A stretch of DNA of 53,746 nt, from assembly GCA_038230375.1 (NCBI GenBank), contig JBBRNJ010000063.1, positions 1-53,746 on the forward strand. The letters run 5' to 3'. Under the pieces are notes generated by a model that saw nothing but the letters and a program-made list of their open reading frames with translations, ran no database searches and was not told where the DNA came from. This document shows, in pieces, positions 8,744-18,335 of this stretch; positions within the stretch are counted from its first letter, which is position 1; every line of letters starts with the position of its first letter. The translations under genes and the position numbers were made by a program. This stretch comes from Polyangiales bacterium (GTDB lineage Bacteria; Myxococcota_A; Polyangia; Polyangiales; Polyangiaceae).

Positions 8744-9573
8744 ATGGAAGTGACCGTCCAGGGCGCGCGCACGTTCGTGAAGGAATGGCCTGCGCCAGCG
8801 TCCGCCAAGGCTGCCTCCCGCCCCGCGTTGCTCATGTTGCACGGCAATCCAGACACGCACGCGATCTGGACTGGAGTCGCCACACGCATCTCCGATCGCT
8901 TCCGCTGCCTGGCGCCCGACCTGCCGGGAATGGGCCAGTCCAGCACGCCGGACGACTGGACGCGAGCCTGTCGTCGCAGGGTGCCTGGGTCAACTCGCTC
9001 TGCGATTCTCTCTCGCTCACGGAGCCGTTTCACCTGGCCGTGCACGACATCGGCGGGCCCTTCGGTCTGTCGTTCACCTGCGAGCACCCGGAGCGCGTGC
9101 GCTCACTCGCGATCGGGAACACGCTCTTCCAGACCGCTTACCGCTGGCATCCGTGGGCGCGGGTGTGGCGCACCCCGATCCTGGGTGAGCTCTCGATGAT
9201 GCTGATGAACCGCTCGCTCTTCATCCGTGAGGTGGAGAAGGGCGCGCGCAAGCTCTCTCGCAAGGAGATCTCGCTCGCGTACGACCAGCTCACGCCGCGC
9301 AGCAAGAAGAGCGTCCTCCAGTGGTACCGCGCCATGACGCCCGCGCTCTTCGCAGGCTGGGAAGAGCGTCTCTGGGCGCTCACGAAGGAGCGCATCCCCA
9401 CCACAGTGGTCTGGGGCGAGCACGATCCGTACATCCCCGTCCGGTCCGCTGGATGCTTCGGCACCGAGAACATCCGCATGTTCCCGGACGCCGGCCACTG
9501 GGTGATCGCCGAGGAGGCAGAGGCCGTTGGCGATCACCTCGCTGCGTTCTTCAGTTCTTCTTCGCAGGCGTAG
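8744..9573 (+). pseudogene. Alpha/beta hydrolase (epoxide hydrolase/haloalkane dehalogenase type) split by a 1-nt frameshift near 8958; pseudogene or sequencing error
   Basis: HGNP and APDLPGMGQS lie in the 8744 frame; HDIGG nucleophile elbow, WGEHDPY and AGHW lie in the frame ending at 9573. Adding one G at TGG/GAC (8957-8961) restores ..PDDWDASLSSQ.. Confidence 0.85.
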
Positions 9574-11854
9574 CGGAAGCAGCGGCCTTGGGGACGGGGA
9601 AGCCGCGATGGCGCATGAGCGCGCCAATGCCCGCGTCCTTGCCGCGGAAGGCGCGATAGCCGTCCGCGGGGTCGATCGAGTTGCCCACGGAGAACACGTT
9701 GTCCCGCAGCTTCTTCGCGACGTCCTTGTCGTACGGGCCCTTGCCTTGCACGAACGCCTCGTACGCGTCCGCGCTGAGCGTGTCCGACCACAGGTAGCTG
9801 TAGTAGCCCGCCGAGTATCCGTCGCCCGAGAAAACATGCTGAAAATGCGACGAGCGATGCCGCATGATCATCTCCTTCGGCATGCCCAGCGACGCCAGCG
9901 TCTCCTTCTCGAAGGTGCGCGGGTCGATCGGCTTGTCCGTGGTGTGCATCTTCATGTCCACCAGCGCGGACGACAGATACTCCACTGTGATGAAGCCCTG
10001 GTTGAACGCCTCGCTCTTCGCGAGCTTCTTCACGAGCGCGTCCGGGATGGGCTGCTTCGTCTGCACGTGCAGCGCGTACTTCGACAGCACCTCCGGTGTG
10101 GCAAGCCAGCGCTCCAGGAGCTGCGACGGGAACTCCACGTAGTCCCGCGCGACATTGGTGCCGGCGAGCGACGGATACGTGACGTTCGAATTCAGTCCGT
10201 GAAGCGCATGCCCGAACTCGTGGAACAACGTCCGTGCGTCGTCCCAGCTGATGAGGATTGGTTCGCCTGGCGCGCCCTTCACGAAGTTCGCATTGTTGGA
10301 GACGATCACCGGCACATCACCATCGATTCGCGACTGCGCGCGGTACTCGTTCATCCACGCGCCGGACGTCTTGCCCGGACGCGAGTACGGGTCGAAGTAC
10401 CAGTAGCCCACATGCTTGCCGCCCTCGCCGGTGACGCGGAACACGCGCACGTCGGGATGGTAGGTGGGGATGCTCTTGTCGGTGATCTCCGAGAACGAGA
10501 ACCCGAACAGCTGTCCAGCGACCCAGAACATGCCCTCGCGAAGCGACTCGAGTGAGAGGTACGGCTTCACCTCGTTCTGATCCAGATCGTACTTCGCCTT
10601 GCGGACCTTCTCCGCGTAGTAGCGGTAGTCCCAGGCCTCGATCTTCGTCTTCGTCTTTTCCCCGTGTCGGGGATCACGAAGCGCGTCCTTGTCGGCGATC
10701 TTCTGCATGTCCGCGACCTCTTCGTGGACGCGGGCGACGGCGGGCTTCCACACCGCCTCCATGAGCTCGGTCGCGCGCTCTGGCGTCTTTGCCATGGAGA
10801 GCTCCAGCCGCCAGTGGGCGTGCGTGGGATAGCCAAGGAGCTTTGCGCGCTCGGCACGCAGCTTCAGGATCTCCGTGATGGAAGCGTTGTTGTCGTGCGC
10901 GTCACCGTTGTCGCCACGCATCTCGAACATCTTCCAGACCTTCTCGCGAAGGTCGCGGCGTGACGAGTAGGTGAGGAACGGATCCACGCTGGACCGCGTG
11001 TTCGTCACCACCCACAAGCCCTTCTTGCCACGCCCCTCCGCGGCCGTCTGCGCGGACTTCTTCAGAGAGTCGGGGAGGCCGGCAAGGTCCTCCTCCTTCT
11101 CCAGGACCACCATCTGTGAGCCCTCCTCCGCGAGGACGTTCTGGCTGAACGTCGTATAGACCGCTGCGAGGCGCTGGTTGATCTCAGCCACGCGCTTCTT
11201 TCCCGCATCATCCAGCTTCGCGCCAGCGCGCACGAATCCGACGTAGTCCAGCCACAGAAGCCGGCTCTGCTCGGCCGTGAGCTTCAGCGTCGCGCGCTGC
11301 TCGTAGACGGCGGCGATGCGATCGAACAGCTTCTTGTTCTGCGCGATCTTGTCTTCCATCGCAGCCAGCTTGGGCTCCATGTCGCGCTGCACCGCCTGCG
11401 CGGCGTCGTCGTTCAGGGTGGACGTGTAGATGCCGTACACGGTCTGCACACGCTCGAGTGTCTTGCCGATGCGGTCCAGTGCCGCGATCGTGTTCTCGAA
11501 TGTCGGCGGGCTCGGATCGTTGGCGACGCGCTCCACATCCGCCATCTTCTGCGCCATCGCGATCTCGAGCGCCGGACCCAGGTCCGCGACAGTGTACTTG
11601 TCGAACGCGGGCACGCCGCCGTTCGGTCCCTCCCACTTCGCGACCAGCGGGTTCGGCTTTGCGGCGGGCGCCACGGCTGCGTCCATCTTCACTTCGTTCA
11701 TGGCGATCCCCGCATCCTTGTTGCTCATGTCTGCCGCGGCCGTGTCGGGCTCCTTCGCCGGTCCACAGCCGGACGGCGAGAGCATGGCGAGGGGAAGCAA
11801 TGAACCCACGAACATCCCGCGCGACCGTCGCACCCACGTCGAACTGCTTCTCAT
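9551..11854 (-). CDS. dcp: M3 family metallopeptidase (peptidyl-dipeptidase Dcp-like), probable lipoprotein
   Basis: HEFGHALH zinc motif, SGAWM, DYVEFPSQ, YSAGYYSYLWS; signal peptide ending SGC; GGGAGA upstream of ATG 11854. Confidence 0.92.
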   Translation of the reverse strand: MRSSSTWVRRSRGMFVGSLLPLAMLSPSGCGPAKEPDTAAADMSNKDAGIAMNEVKMDAAVAPAAKPNPLVAKWEGPNGGVPAFDKYTVADLGPALEIAMAQKMADVERVANDPSPPTFENTIAALDRIGKTLERVQTVYGIYTSTLNDDAAQAVQRDMEPKLAAMEDKIAQNKKLFDRIAAVYEQRATLKLTAEQSRLLWLDYVGFVRAGAKLDDAGKKRVAEINQRLAAVYTTFSQNVLAEEGSQMVVLEKEEDLAGLPDSLKKSAQTAAEGRGKKGLWVVTNTRSSVDPFLTYSSRRDLREKVWKMFEMRGDNGDAHDNNASITEILKLRAERAKLLGYPTHAHWRLELSMAKTPERATELMEAVWKPAVARVHEEVADMQKIADKDALRDPRHGEKTKTKIEAWDYRYYAEKVRKAKYDLDQNEVKPYLSLESLREGMFWVAGQLFGFSFSEITDKSIPTYHPDVRVFRVTGEGGKHVGYWYFDPYSRPGKTSGAWMNEYRAQSRIDGDVPVIVSNNANFVKGAPGEPILISWDDARTLFHEFGHALHGLNSNVTYPSLAGTNVARDYVEFPSQLLERWLATPEVLSKYALHVQTKQPIPDALVKKLAKSEAFNQGFITVEYLSSALVDMKMHTTDKPIDPRTFEKETLASLGMPKEMIMRHRSSHFQHVFSGDGYSAGYYSYLWSDTLSADAYEAFVQGKGPYDKDVAKKLRDNVFSVGNSIDPADGYRAFRGKDAGIGALMRHRGFPVPKAAASATPAKKN

Positions 11855-11931
11855 GGCGAATCTCCCGGGAGCAGCCGCGCTCCCCATCTTCTGGCGCGCG
11901 ATGATAGCCGACCTTCGGGTACGCTAACGGG

Positions 11932-12729
11932 ATGTTTGGCCGGCTCTCCCGACGCGCATGCTTTTTGGTCATGTGCACGACGGCGCTTGCTGCAGCGCTC
12001 ATTCTCCCCGCGGCGCGCAGCGATGCGTGCTCGTGCGTGGGTCCGAACCTGGACGTCCTCACACCGGTGAAGGCCGAGGGCGCGCCCACGAACACGCGCG
12101 TGCGGGTGCTCATGCCGGCGGTTGCACAGGGACAGCCGTTCCCAAAGCTCACGCTGCGCACGCGCGACGGTGCTGATGTGGCCGCGAAGTCGCGCATCTA
12201 CACCGATGTTGCCGAGAGCATCGTCGAGCTCATTCCGGCTGGTGCGCTTCTCCCCAGCACGCGGTACGAGATCGCGGTCGTGGACCCGTTGAAGCATCCC
12301 GCGACCACGGTGATGGCAACCTTCGTGACGGGGACCAGTGCGGACGTCGCTGCGCCGGTGCTGGACGCTCTCGGGTCCGTGAGCGCGACGAAGAACAGGC
12401 ACTTCGGCGGCGGCGACTGCTCCATCCAGGGGCCCTGGGTCACGCTCGATGGCATCCGCGTGCACGATCCAGGACGCGACGGCGCGGAGCTCTTGTTCGG
12501 CGTATGGAGCAAGAACGCGCAAGGCGTGCTCGACACGAACCGGCCGCCGGACACACTCCTCCTGTCCTATCGCCAAAAGCTCACGATCGGTCGCTCGAGC
12601 CTCTGCGACATGCGCGACTTCCCACTGCAGGGCCCGATCGCCTCACTCGCCGTCGCCGTCATCGACGAGGCCGGCAACGCGAGCCCACCGCGCCGCTTCA
12701 ATGTCGACGTGTCGAGGAACACGCCGTGA
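11932..12729 (+). CDS. Secreted protein with Ig-like (SbsA/Big-type) domain
   Basis: Signal peptide followed by ACSC; P..AEGAPTNTRVRV..VELIP..LLPSTRYEI pattern. Confidence 0.65.
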   Translation: MFGRLSRRACFLVMCTTALAAALILPAARSDACSCVGPNLDVLTPVKAEGAPTNTRVRVLMPAVAQGQPFPKLTLRTRDGADVAAKSRIYTDVAESIVELIPAGALLPSTRYEIAVVDPLKHPATTVMATFVTGTSADVAAPVLDALGSVSATKNRHFGGGDCSIQGPWVTLDGIRVHDPGRDGAELLFGVWSKNAQGVLDTNRPPDTLLLSYRQKLTIGRSSLCDMRDFPLQGPIASLAVAVIDEAGNASPPRRFNVDVSRNTP

Positions 12730-13928
12730 GGCGCGCTACTGCCTGCGTCGCGATCGCTCTCTTATCTTGTCGCGGAACGCCGCCTGACGTGCGTGACCCT
12801 GTGGTGGCGCGCATCGCGACCGTCGACGGCGGCGCGGCGACCATCGCTCAGATGGAAGGCGGCGCACCCGCGAAGGCGAGCGGCCGGCGGTTCGAGCTCT
12901 TTCTGGACAGTGGTGCTTGCGCGCTCATCGACGGGAAGCTGCACTGCAGACAGAACATCGCGCCCGACCAGCCGCTCTCGCAGGAGCCTGCGTTGCTCGG
13001 CGGCGCCGCGGACCGCGAGGTGCGCAGCGTCGCGATCGGCCGTGATTTTGCCTGCGCCGTGATGGACGGCGGAGACGTGCGTTGCTTCGGCGGCAACGAC
13101 CGCGGGCAGCTCGGCGCCGGCATTCGCAGCGAGCGCCAGGATCTCCCCGTGGTCGTCCCTGGCCTGCACGGCGCCGCCGCCGTGTTCGCGGGCCCCTTCA
13201 CCGCGTGCGCCATTCGCGCAGACGGCCACGTGGCGTGCTGGGGCAAGAACGACTCGGGCGAGAACGGCAGCAGCACCAACTACCTGGCCGCCGCACGCGA
13301 GCTCGTGGCGCCAGAGGTCGTGCGCAACGTGTCGGACGTCACCTCGGTCGCCATGGCGTGGGACTCGACCTGCGCCGTGACGCGCAGCCACGAGGTCCAT
13401 TGCTGGGGCCGCTCCCGCACGGAGGAGCAGACGGCGCAGCGCGGCGACACCAACGAGATGCCCATGCGCATCGACGCCATGACCGGCACCACACAGCTCA
13501 CCGCGAACGAGAACACGTTCTGCGGCGTGAAGGCCGGCGAGGTCCTGTGCTTCGGCGACACCAGCATCCTCATCGCTCGCAACGACGCTGCGTTTGGCCG
13601 GCCCCGCGGCGTCGAGAAGGTCGGAATCTCACGCGCAACGAAGGTGAGCCTGGGCGCGAACCACGGCTGCGCGCTCACCGTCGCCGGTGAGGTCTACTGC
13701 TTCGGCATCGACTCCGATGGCGTGCTTGGAGTGCCTGGAAAGCCAGGCTACGAGTCGCGGCCGCCCGTGAAGGTCCCGGACCTGCCACGCGCGATCGACG
13801 TGGTCTGCGGCACATCCATGACGTGCGCGATCACCGCGTCCGACGAGGTGTACTGCTGGGGACGGTTCTCGTGGACCTCTCAGGATGATTTTCACACCGG
13901 ACCGGTGCAGGCTAGGCTCGCGGACTGA
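12726..13928 (+). CDS. RCC1-repeat lipoprotein
   Basis: Repeated CA...G.V.CWG.N..GQLG units; LLSC lipobox; GTG start overlaps the upstream TGA. Confidence 0.88.
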   Translation: MRRATACVAIALLSCRGTPPDVRDPVVARIATVDGGAATIAQMEGGAPAKASGRRFELFLDSGACALIDGKLHCRQNIAPDQPLSQEPALLGGAADREVRSVAIGRDFACAVMDGGDVRCFGGNDRGQLGAGIRSERQDLPVVVPGLHGAAAVFAGPFTACAIRADGHVACWGKNDSGENGSSTNYLAAARELVAPEVVRNVSDVTSVAMAWDSTCAVTRSHEVHCWGRSRTEEQTAQRGDTNEMPMRIDAMTGTTQLTANENTFCGVKAGEVLCFGDTSILIARNDAAFGRPRGVEKVGISRATKVSLGANHGCALTVAGEVYCFGIDSDGVLGVPGKPGYESRPPVKVPDLPRAIDVVCGTSMTCAITASDEVYCWGRFSWTSQDDFHTGPVQARLAD

Positions 13929-15082
13929 TGAAGAAGGACGTCGCTGCTCTGCTGCCGTTGCTGAAGCGAGAGAACGATCGGGAAAACGCGAAGGGCCCTC
14001 TCGCGCAGCGCGTGCATGCAGCGGAGCCGGCGGCCGCGCGCATCCCCACGCTTGATGGCAAGACGCGCCCCATGTCACCCATGCTTCGCGCGCGCTTCGC
14101 GTTCGCCGGCCGCTGGGAGAACGCGGTCCTCGGGCAGACGTGGCTCTCGACGACGGAAATGGGGCGCGCCCTGACGACGCGCCAATACAAGGAAGAGATC
14201 GCTCTTCGCCGAGAGAACTGGACGAGCTCGCCCGTCGCGAAGCTGACGCTCGACCGCCTGTCGCTCTTCGCGGCGGACGTTGACGACCAGGACGCGACGT
14301 ATCTGGTCTGGGTGGCTGCGCGAGAGAGCGCCGCGGAGCCGAAGGTCATCCAGTTCGCCGGTGGGAGCGAGTCGACCTACAAGGACCTCGCCGCGTATTT
14401 GAAGAGTCACATCGGCGAGGCAGCCCTGCTCTCGGGCGTCACGACGACCTCGGACGGCGCCCCCTCCCTCGCCGCGTATCTCATGGAAGACGGGCGCAGG
14501 CTGGACGCGTGGGTGGGTGGGCTCGATCGCTGGGGACAACCTGTCGTCGCGCGCGCGGCCATCGCGATCGCGAGGTTGGTGTTGCCAAAGATCCCCGCAG
14601 CCATGCGCACGAAGTCGGCCGAGGTGCTCGACACGGCCGCCCTGTGGGCCGAGGCACCGCGCGGCGAGCTGCCGGCCTCGTTCTCGTATGCGGTCGCAGG
14701 CGCCCGGCCGATCTCTCCCGACATCGAAGGGAAGGCCGTGTTCGAGGCCATGCACGCTTGCGTCGCGGCGGCGGGCTCTGCGAGTGGGTACCACATGGAG
14801 AGGCCGACCGTGGTCTACACGGACACGGTGAAAAACGCGCTCCTCGGGATGCGCAAGGCGAAGCCGGCGGACGTCGCGCGCGCGCTCAACGCTGCCGGAC
14901 TGAAGACGCCAGCGGGCGCTACCTGGAAGCCGGAGACCGCAAAGAAGGCGCAAGGGCGCCTGGAGGAGACGCTGGAGCACGCGCGGTTCGGTGCGTCTGC
15001 GACGGTCGAGCACGTGCTCGCAGTTCTCGGAAAGAGCAGCGAGGGGAAGCTGCGCGCAGCCGTGAAGAAGGCGCTCCGCTAG
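13928..15082 (+). CDS. Hypothetical protein with SUKH/SMI1-like N-terminus, Imm5-like helical region and a recombinase-type HTH segment
   Basis: TGATG translational coupling to the upstream gene; domain calls are motif resemblance by eye only. Confidence 0.6.
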   Translation: MKKDVAALLPLLKRENDRENAKGPLAQRVHAAEPAAARIPTLDGKTRPMSPMLRARFAFAGRWENAVLGQTWLSTTEMGRALTTRQYKEEIALRRENWTSSPVAKLTLDRLSLFAADVDDQDATYLVWVAARESAAEPKVIQFAGGSESTYKDLAAYLKSHIGEAALLSGVTTTSDGAPSLAAYLMEDGRRLDAWVGGLDRWGQPVVARAAIAIARLVLPKIPAAMRTKSAEVLDTAALWAEAPRGELPASFSYAVAGARPISPDIEGKAVFEAMHACVAAAGSASGYHMERPTVVYTDTVKNALLGMRKAKPADVARALNAAGLKTPAGATWKPETAKKAQGRLEETLEHARFGASATVEHVLAVLGKSSEGKLRAAVKKALR

Positions 15083-15147
15083 TCAACCTTCGTGGGCCGC
15101 GGTTCGGTTGGTTTCGCGGGCTTCTTCGTGGATCCGCTCCGCTCCGC

Positions 15148-16680
15148 TCAGATCGTCTTCAGGTATTCCATGACGGCGCGGCGCTCGTCCGCTGGCAGGT
15201 CCGACAGGAACGTGTGACCGGTCACGTGATAGCCGGGCTTGTTCCCGTCGTAGAAGTACTCGCCCTTGTGGAGCGGGCGCTCCGGGCTTGCCTCGTAGCG
15301 GACGCCGATGCGCGCGAGATCGTAGTCGCCCTCGGTGTCCACGATGAACGTCTTCGGACGCTCCGCCTCTGGCTGCGCCATGACAGCGATGCTTGGCCAC
15401 TGCCCCGCATGCCCGAGCACACCACGCGCCCACACATCCAGGAGCACGGGCGGAACGTAGCCGCCGGTGTTGCGAACGGCCGTGTATCCACGCGTGAGCG
15501 GGATCGAGTTCGACACGGAGACGAACGACGGGGTGACGGCGTCGACGCGCGCGGGGTCCGTCCCCACGACCTCCTTGGGGATCACCTGTTCCTTGTAGCT
15601 TACACGCATATCGCCGTCGTGATCCACGTAGTGCCCGTGGCAGTGGGCGCAGGTCTTCTCGAAGGCGGCCTTGCCATGCACCACTAGGTCGGCGTCGATC
15701 TGTCCCGGGTAGGGCAGCTTGCGTGTGAACCCCTTCAAGAAGAGGTACATGCTGGTCGCGATGTGCGGATGGCTGATGTACCATTCGGGCCGCGCGCCGA
15801 GCAGGAAGTCAGCCTCGAGCACGAGGGCCTGCGGCGAGCCGAAGCCCGAGCCGTCGTACGAGAAGGTCTCGCGGAACGGGAAGCTGCGAATGTCCGGCAC
15901 CTTCGCCCAGCCCACGTTCGGCGCGAGCTTGATCTGCTCCTTCTGGAAGCGGTTCACCGCGAGCGCGAAAGACTCGATGGTCGCCATGCGACCAGGCACC
16001 GCGTCCTTCCACATGGCGAGCTCACCGCGGCGCTGACGCGCGTAGGCGCGGAGCCCGTTCAGCGTGGCCCTCACGATGGGACCGCGCATCAGGTCCGGCC
16101 AGATGAGATGCTGCTCGCGCGCGTGGCGCGTGGCGGCGCCGAGCACCGCGTCGTCCGAGAGGTTCTGCGCGAGGCCGATCCGGATCAAAGCGTTCTGGTA
16201 CTCGTGCGGGCGCACGCGCTTGTTGCCCATGCCGAGCACCATCACATCGCCGCCGGGCAGGCGCAGCCGCTCCGAGTGGCAGATGGTGCAGTTGCCCACG
16301 AGCCACGGCACACTGCTGTTCGGGTCCGTGGTGATGTGGAAGCCAACGGGGACGGCGCGCGGATCTCCCTTTGCCTCGGGCGGCGGATAGAAGCCGAACT
16401 TCTCCTCGAACGTCGGGAAGTCCTTTCCGAGCTCGTCGGGAAAGATGTCCATCAGCGCCAGGAAGACCGGATACGCCATGCCCGTGGCGTAGGGATCACC
16501 GCCGCCCGTCTTGGAGAAGTATTCCAGGCCCGCCTCCGCGGAGATCGGACGCTCCGCGTACTCGGCAGGATTCGACATCGTAGGCGCACAGCCCGACGTC
16601 GACGCCGCCAGGACCACGGCAGCCGCCATGGCCACGAACAAGATGGATACAGAGCTCTTCCGATGCTGCGCGTGACTCAT
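15148..16680 (-). CDS. Exported diheme c-type cytochrome, RoxA/MauG-like
   Basis: CTICH and CAHCH heme motifs, VGTDPAR, GYVPPVLLDVWA, C-terminal GH..L...ERRAVMEYLKTI; lipobox TSGC. Confidence 0.8.
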   Translation of the reverse strand: MSHAQHRKSSVSILFVAMAAAVVLAASTSGCAPTMSNPAEYAERPISAEAGLEYFSKTGGGDPYATGMAYPVFLALMDIFPDELGKDFPTFEEKFGFYPPPEAKGDPRAVPVGFHITTDPNSSVPWLVGNCTICHSERLRLPGGDVMVLGMGNKRVRPHEYQNALIRIGLAQNLSDDAVLGAATRHAREQHLIWPDLMRGPIVRATLNGLRAYARQRRGELAMWKDAVPGRMATIESFALAVNRFQKEQIKLAPNVGWAKVPDIRSFPFRETFSYDGSGFGSPQALVLEADFLLGARPEWYISHPHIATSMYLFLKGFTRKLPYPGQIDADLVVHGKAAFEKTCAHCHGHYVDHDGDMRVSYKEQVIPKEVVGTDPARVDAVTPSFVSVSNSIPLTRGYTAVRNTGGYVPPVLLDVWARGVLGHAGQWPSIAVMAQPEAERPKTFIVDTEGDYDLARIGVRYEASPERPLHKGEYFYDGNKPGYHVTGHTFLSDLPADERRAVMEYLKTI

Positions 16681-17450
16681 GACCTGTGCTCCGTGGCGCG
16701 GCTTGCGCCCTTCGTCTTCGAAGTGCTCTTCGTGCCGTGAGCGCCCTGGTCACGCGGCTGACGCGCCGTCTGCCCGAGCGCCCGCATCAAGGGGGCGAGC
16801 TCTGCGATGTAGTAGCCCAGCGCATCTTTGTCCGTCGCAAGCCGGCGCACGAGCTCCTCGTAGAAGTGGAAGCGCAGCGCTGGTGGCGCTGGGTTCGGCA
16901 TCTGCGGCCGCGATGTGAGCGTGTCGTACCAGTACCGAACCTCGGCGGCGAGAATGCAGTTCCCGGTGGCCTCGGCCAGCAGCGTCCACATGGCGCGCTC
17001 CAGCGCGGCGATCCCCGCGTCCGTCTGCGCGGACGTTGCGTGCGACCGCACCAGCGCAACGAGCGCCTTCTTGCTATCGGGCGTGGCGCGACGCGAGAAC
17101 ACGTCCACGATGGACAGCCCCTGCGTGTATTGCTTCTCGAGCACCGAGCGCACCAGGTCGTTCGACAGCGGCAGCTCCGGCGCGAGCCGGTAGTAGAGCG
17201 CAATCACGTCCAGCCGGGACGAGCGCGCGGGATCTTTCGCGCGCGTCTTCTCCCCCTGACTGACGGACACGAGGTCCGCTTCGGCAAGCCGATGAAGACC
17301 CTGGCGAACCAGGATCTTCGACACACCGAAGCGCTCACTGAGCGCCTGCTCCGGCGGCAGAGCGGTCCCAGGTGGGATCTCTCCGCGAAGAATCTCGGCG
17401 CCGAGGCGCTCGAACACGACATCCGAAAGGTATCTGCGCGGGATGGTCAT
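16677..17450 (-). CDS. GntR (FadR-subfamily) transcriptional regulator
   Basis: ILRGEIPPGTALPPEQALSERFGVSKILVRQGLHRL winged HTH; 4-bp overlap with the cytochrome gene. Confidence 0.92.
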   Translation of the reverse strand: MTIPRRYLSDVVFERLGAEILRGEIPPGTALPPEQALSERFGVSKILVRQGLHRLAEADLVSVSQGEKTRAKDPARSSRLDVIALYYRLAPELPLSNDLVRSVLEKQYTQGLSIVDVFSRRATPDSKKALVALVRSHATSAQTDAGIAALERAMWTLLAEATGNCILAAEVRYWYDTLTSRPQMPNPAPPALRFHFYEELVRRLATDKDALGYYIAELAPLMRALGQTARQPRDQGAHGTKSTSKTKGASRATEHRS

Positions 17451-17457
17451 CGTTACG

Positions 17458-17485
17458 TAGTGACTATGTCACCTAGTAACTATGT
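17458..17485. promoter_or_regulatory. Tandem GntR/FadR-type operators TAGTGACTATGT and TAGTAACTATGT
   Basis: Two TAGT-N-ACTA palindromes 16 bp apart, immediately upstream of gntR, matching the FadR-subfamily TNGT-N-ACNA consensus. Confidence 0.72.
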
Positions 17486-17582
17486 TGGCAAGCAAGATCG
17501 TCGCGCTATCCCCGCCCCACCCGTCTGGTCCTTGTCCTTCCCCTCGACCTTGACCCAACCCTCGACCTAAACCTCCCCTCCG

Positions 17583-18305
17583 ATGTCCTCCCTCGTCACG
17601 CTCGCGAGGCAGCTGCGGGCCGCAACGTCCGCGCTTCCCTTCCCCGGCGTTCCTTACGTCTACGAGCCGCTCGACTACGCGTGGTCGATCGCATCGAGCT
17701 ACCTGCGCGAGTACGGCGCGGGGCAGAAGCGCGTGCTCCTGCTGGGCATGAACCCGGGTCCGTTCGGCATGGGACAGACGGGCGTCCCATTCGGCGAGGT
17801 GTCGTTCGTCCGCGACTGGATGAAGCTCGAAGGCAAGGTCACGCGCCCACGCGCGGAGCACCCGAAGCGCCCGATCACCGGCCTTCTCTCGACCCGCAGC
17901 GAGGTCTCCGGCAAGCGGCTCTGGGGCCTCTTCTCCAGGTCCCATCCAGACGCGCGCACGTTCTTCGACCAGGCGCTGGTCATGAACTACTGCCCTCTCC
18001 TCTTCCTGAGCGAGACAGGGTCGAACCTGACGCCCGACAAGCTCCCGAAGCCCGCGCGCGCCCGCCTGGAGAAGATCTGTGACGAGCACCTGCGCGAAGC
18101 GATCGCCGCGCTGCGCCCCGAGCTCGTCATCGGCGTCGGCGGCTACGCGGCCGGCAAGATCGAGTCGCTGGAGCTCGACGGCACGAAGACGGGTGTCATG
18201 CCGCACCCGAGCCCCGCGAGCCCGTCCGCGAACAAGGACTGGGATGGCCAGGCGAAGCGCGCGCTCCGGGAGCTGGGCGCGGACTACCTGCTGCGCCAGG
18301 CCTGA
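17583..18305 (+). CDS. SMUG1-like (family 3) uracil-DNA glycosylase
   Basis: GMNPGPFGMGQTGVPFG, SEVSGKRLW, NYCPL and HPSP motifs. Confidence 0.93.
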   Translation: MSSLVTLARQLRAATSALPFPGVPYVYEPLDYAWSIASSYLREYGAGQKRVLLLGMNPGPFGMGQTGVPFGEVSFVRDWMKLEGKVTRPRAEHPKRPITGLLSTRSEVSGKRLWGLFSRSHPDARTFFDQALVMNYCPLLFLSETGSNLTPDKLPKPARARLEKICDEHLREAIAALRPELVIGVGGYAAGKIESLELDGTKTGVMPHPSPASPSANKDWDGQAKRALRELGADYLLRQA

Positions 18306-18335
18306 GGCCCCAACATTCCCGCGCCGGCGTCACCA

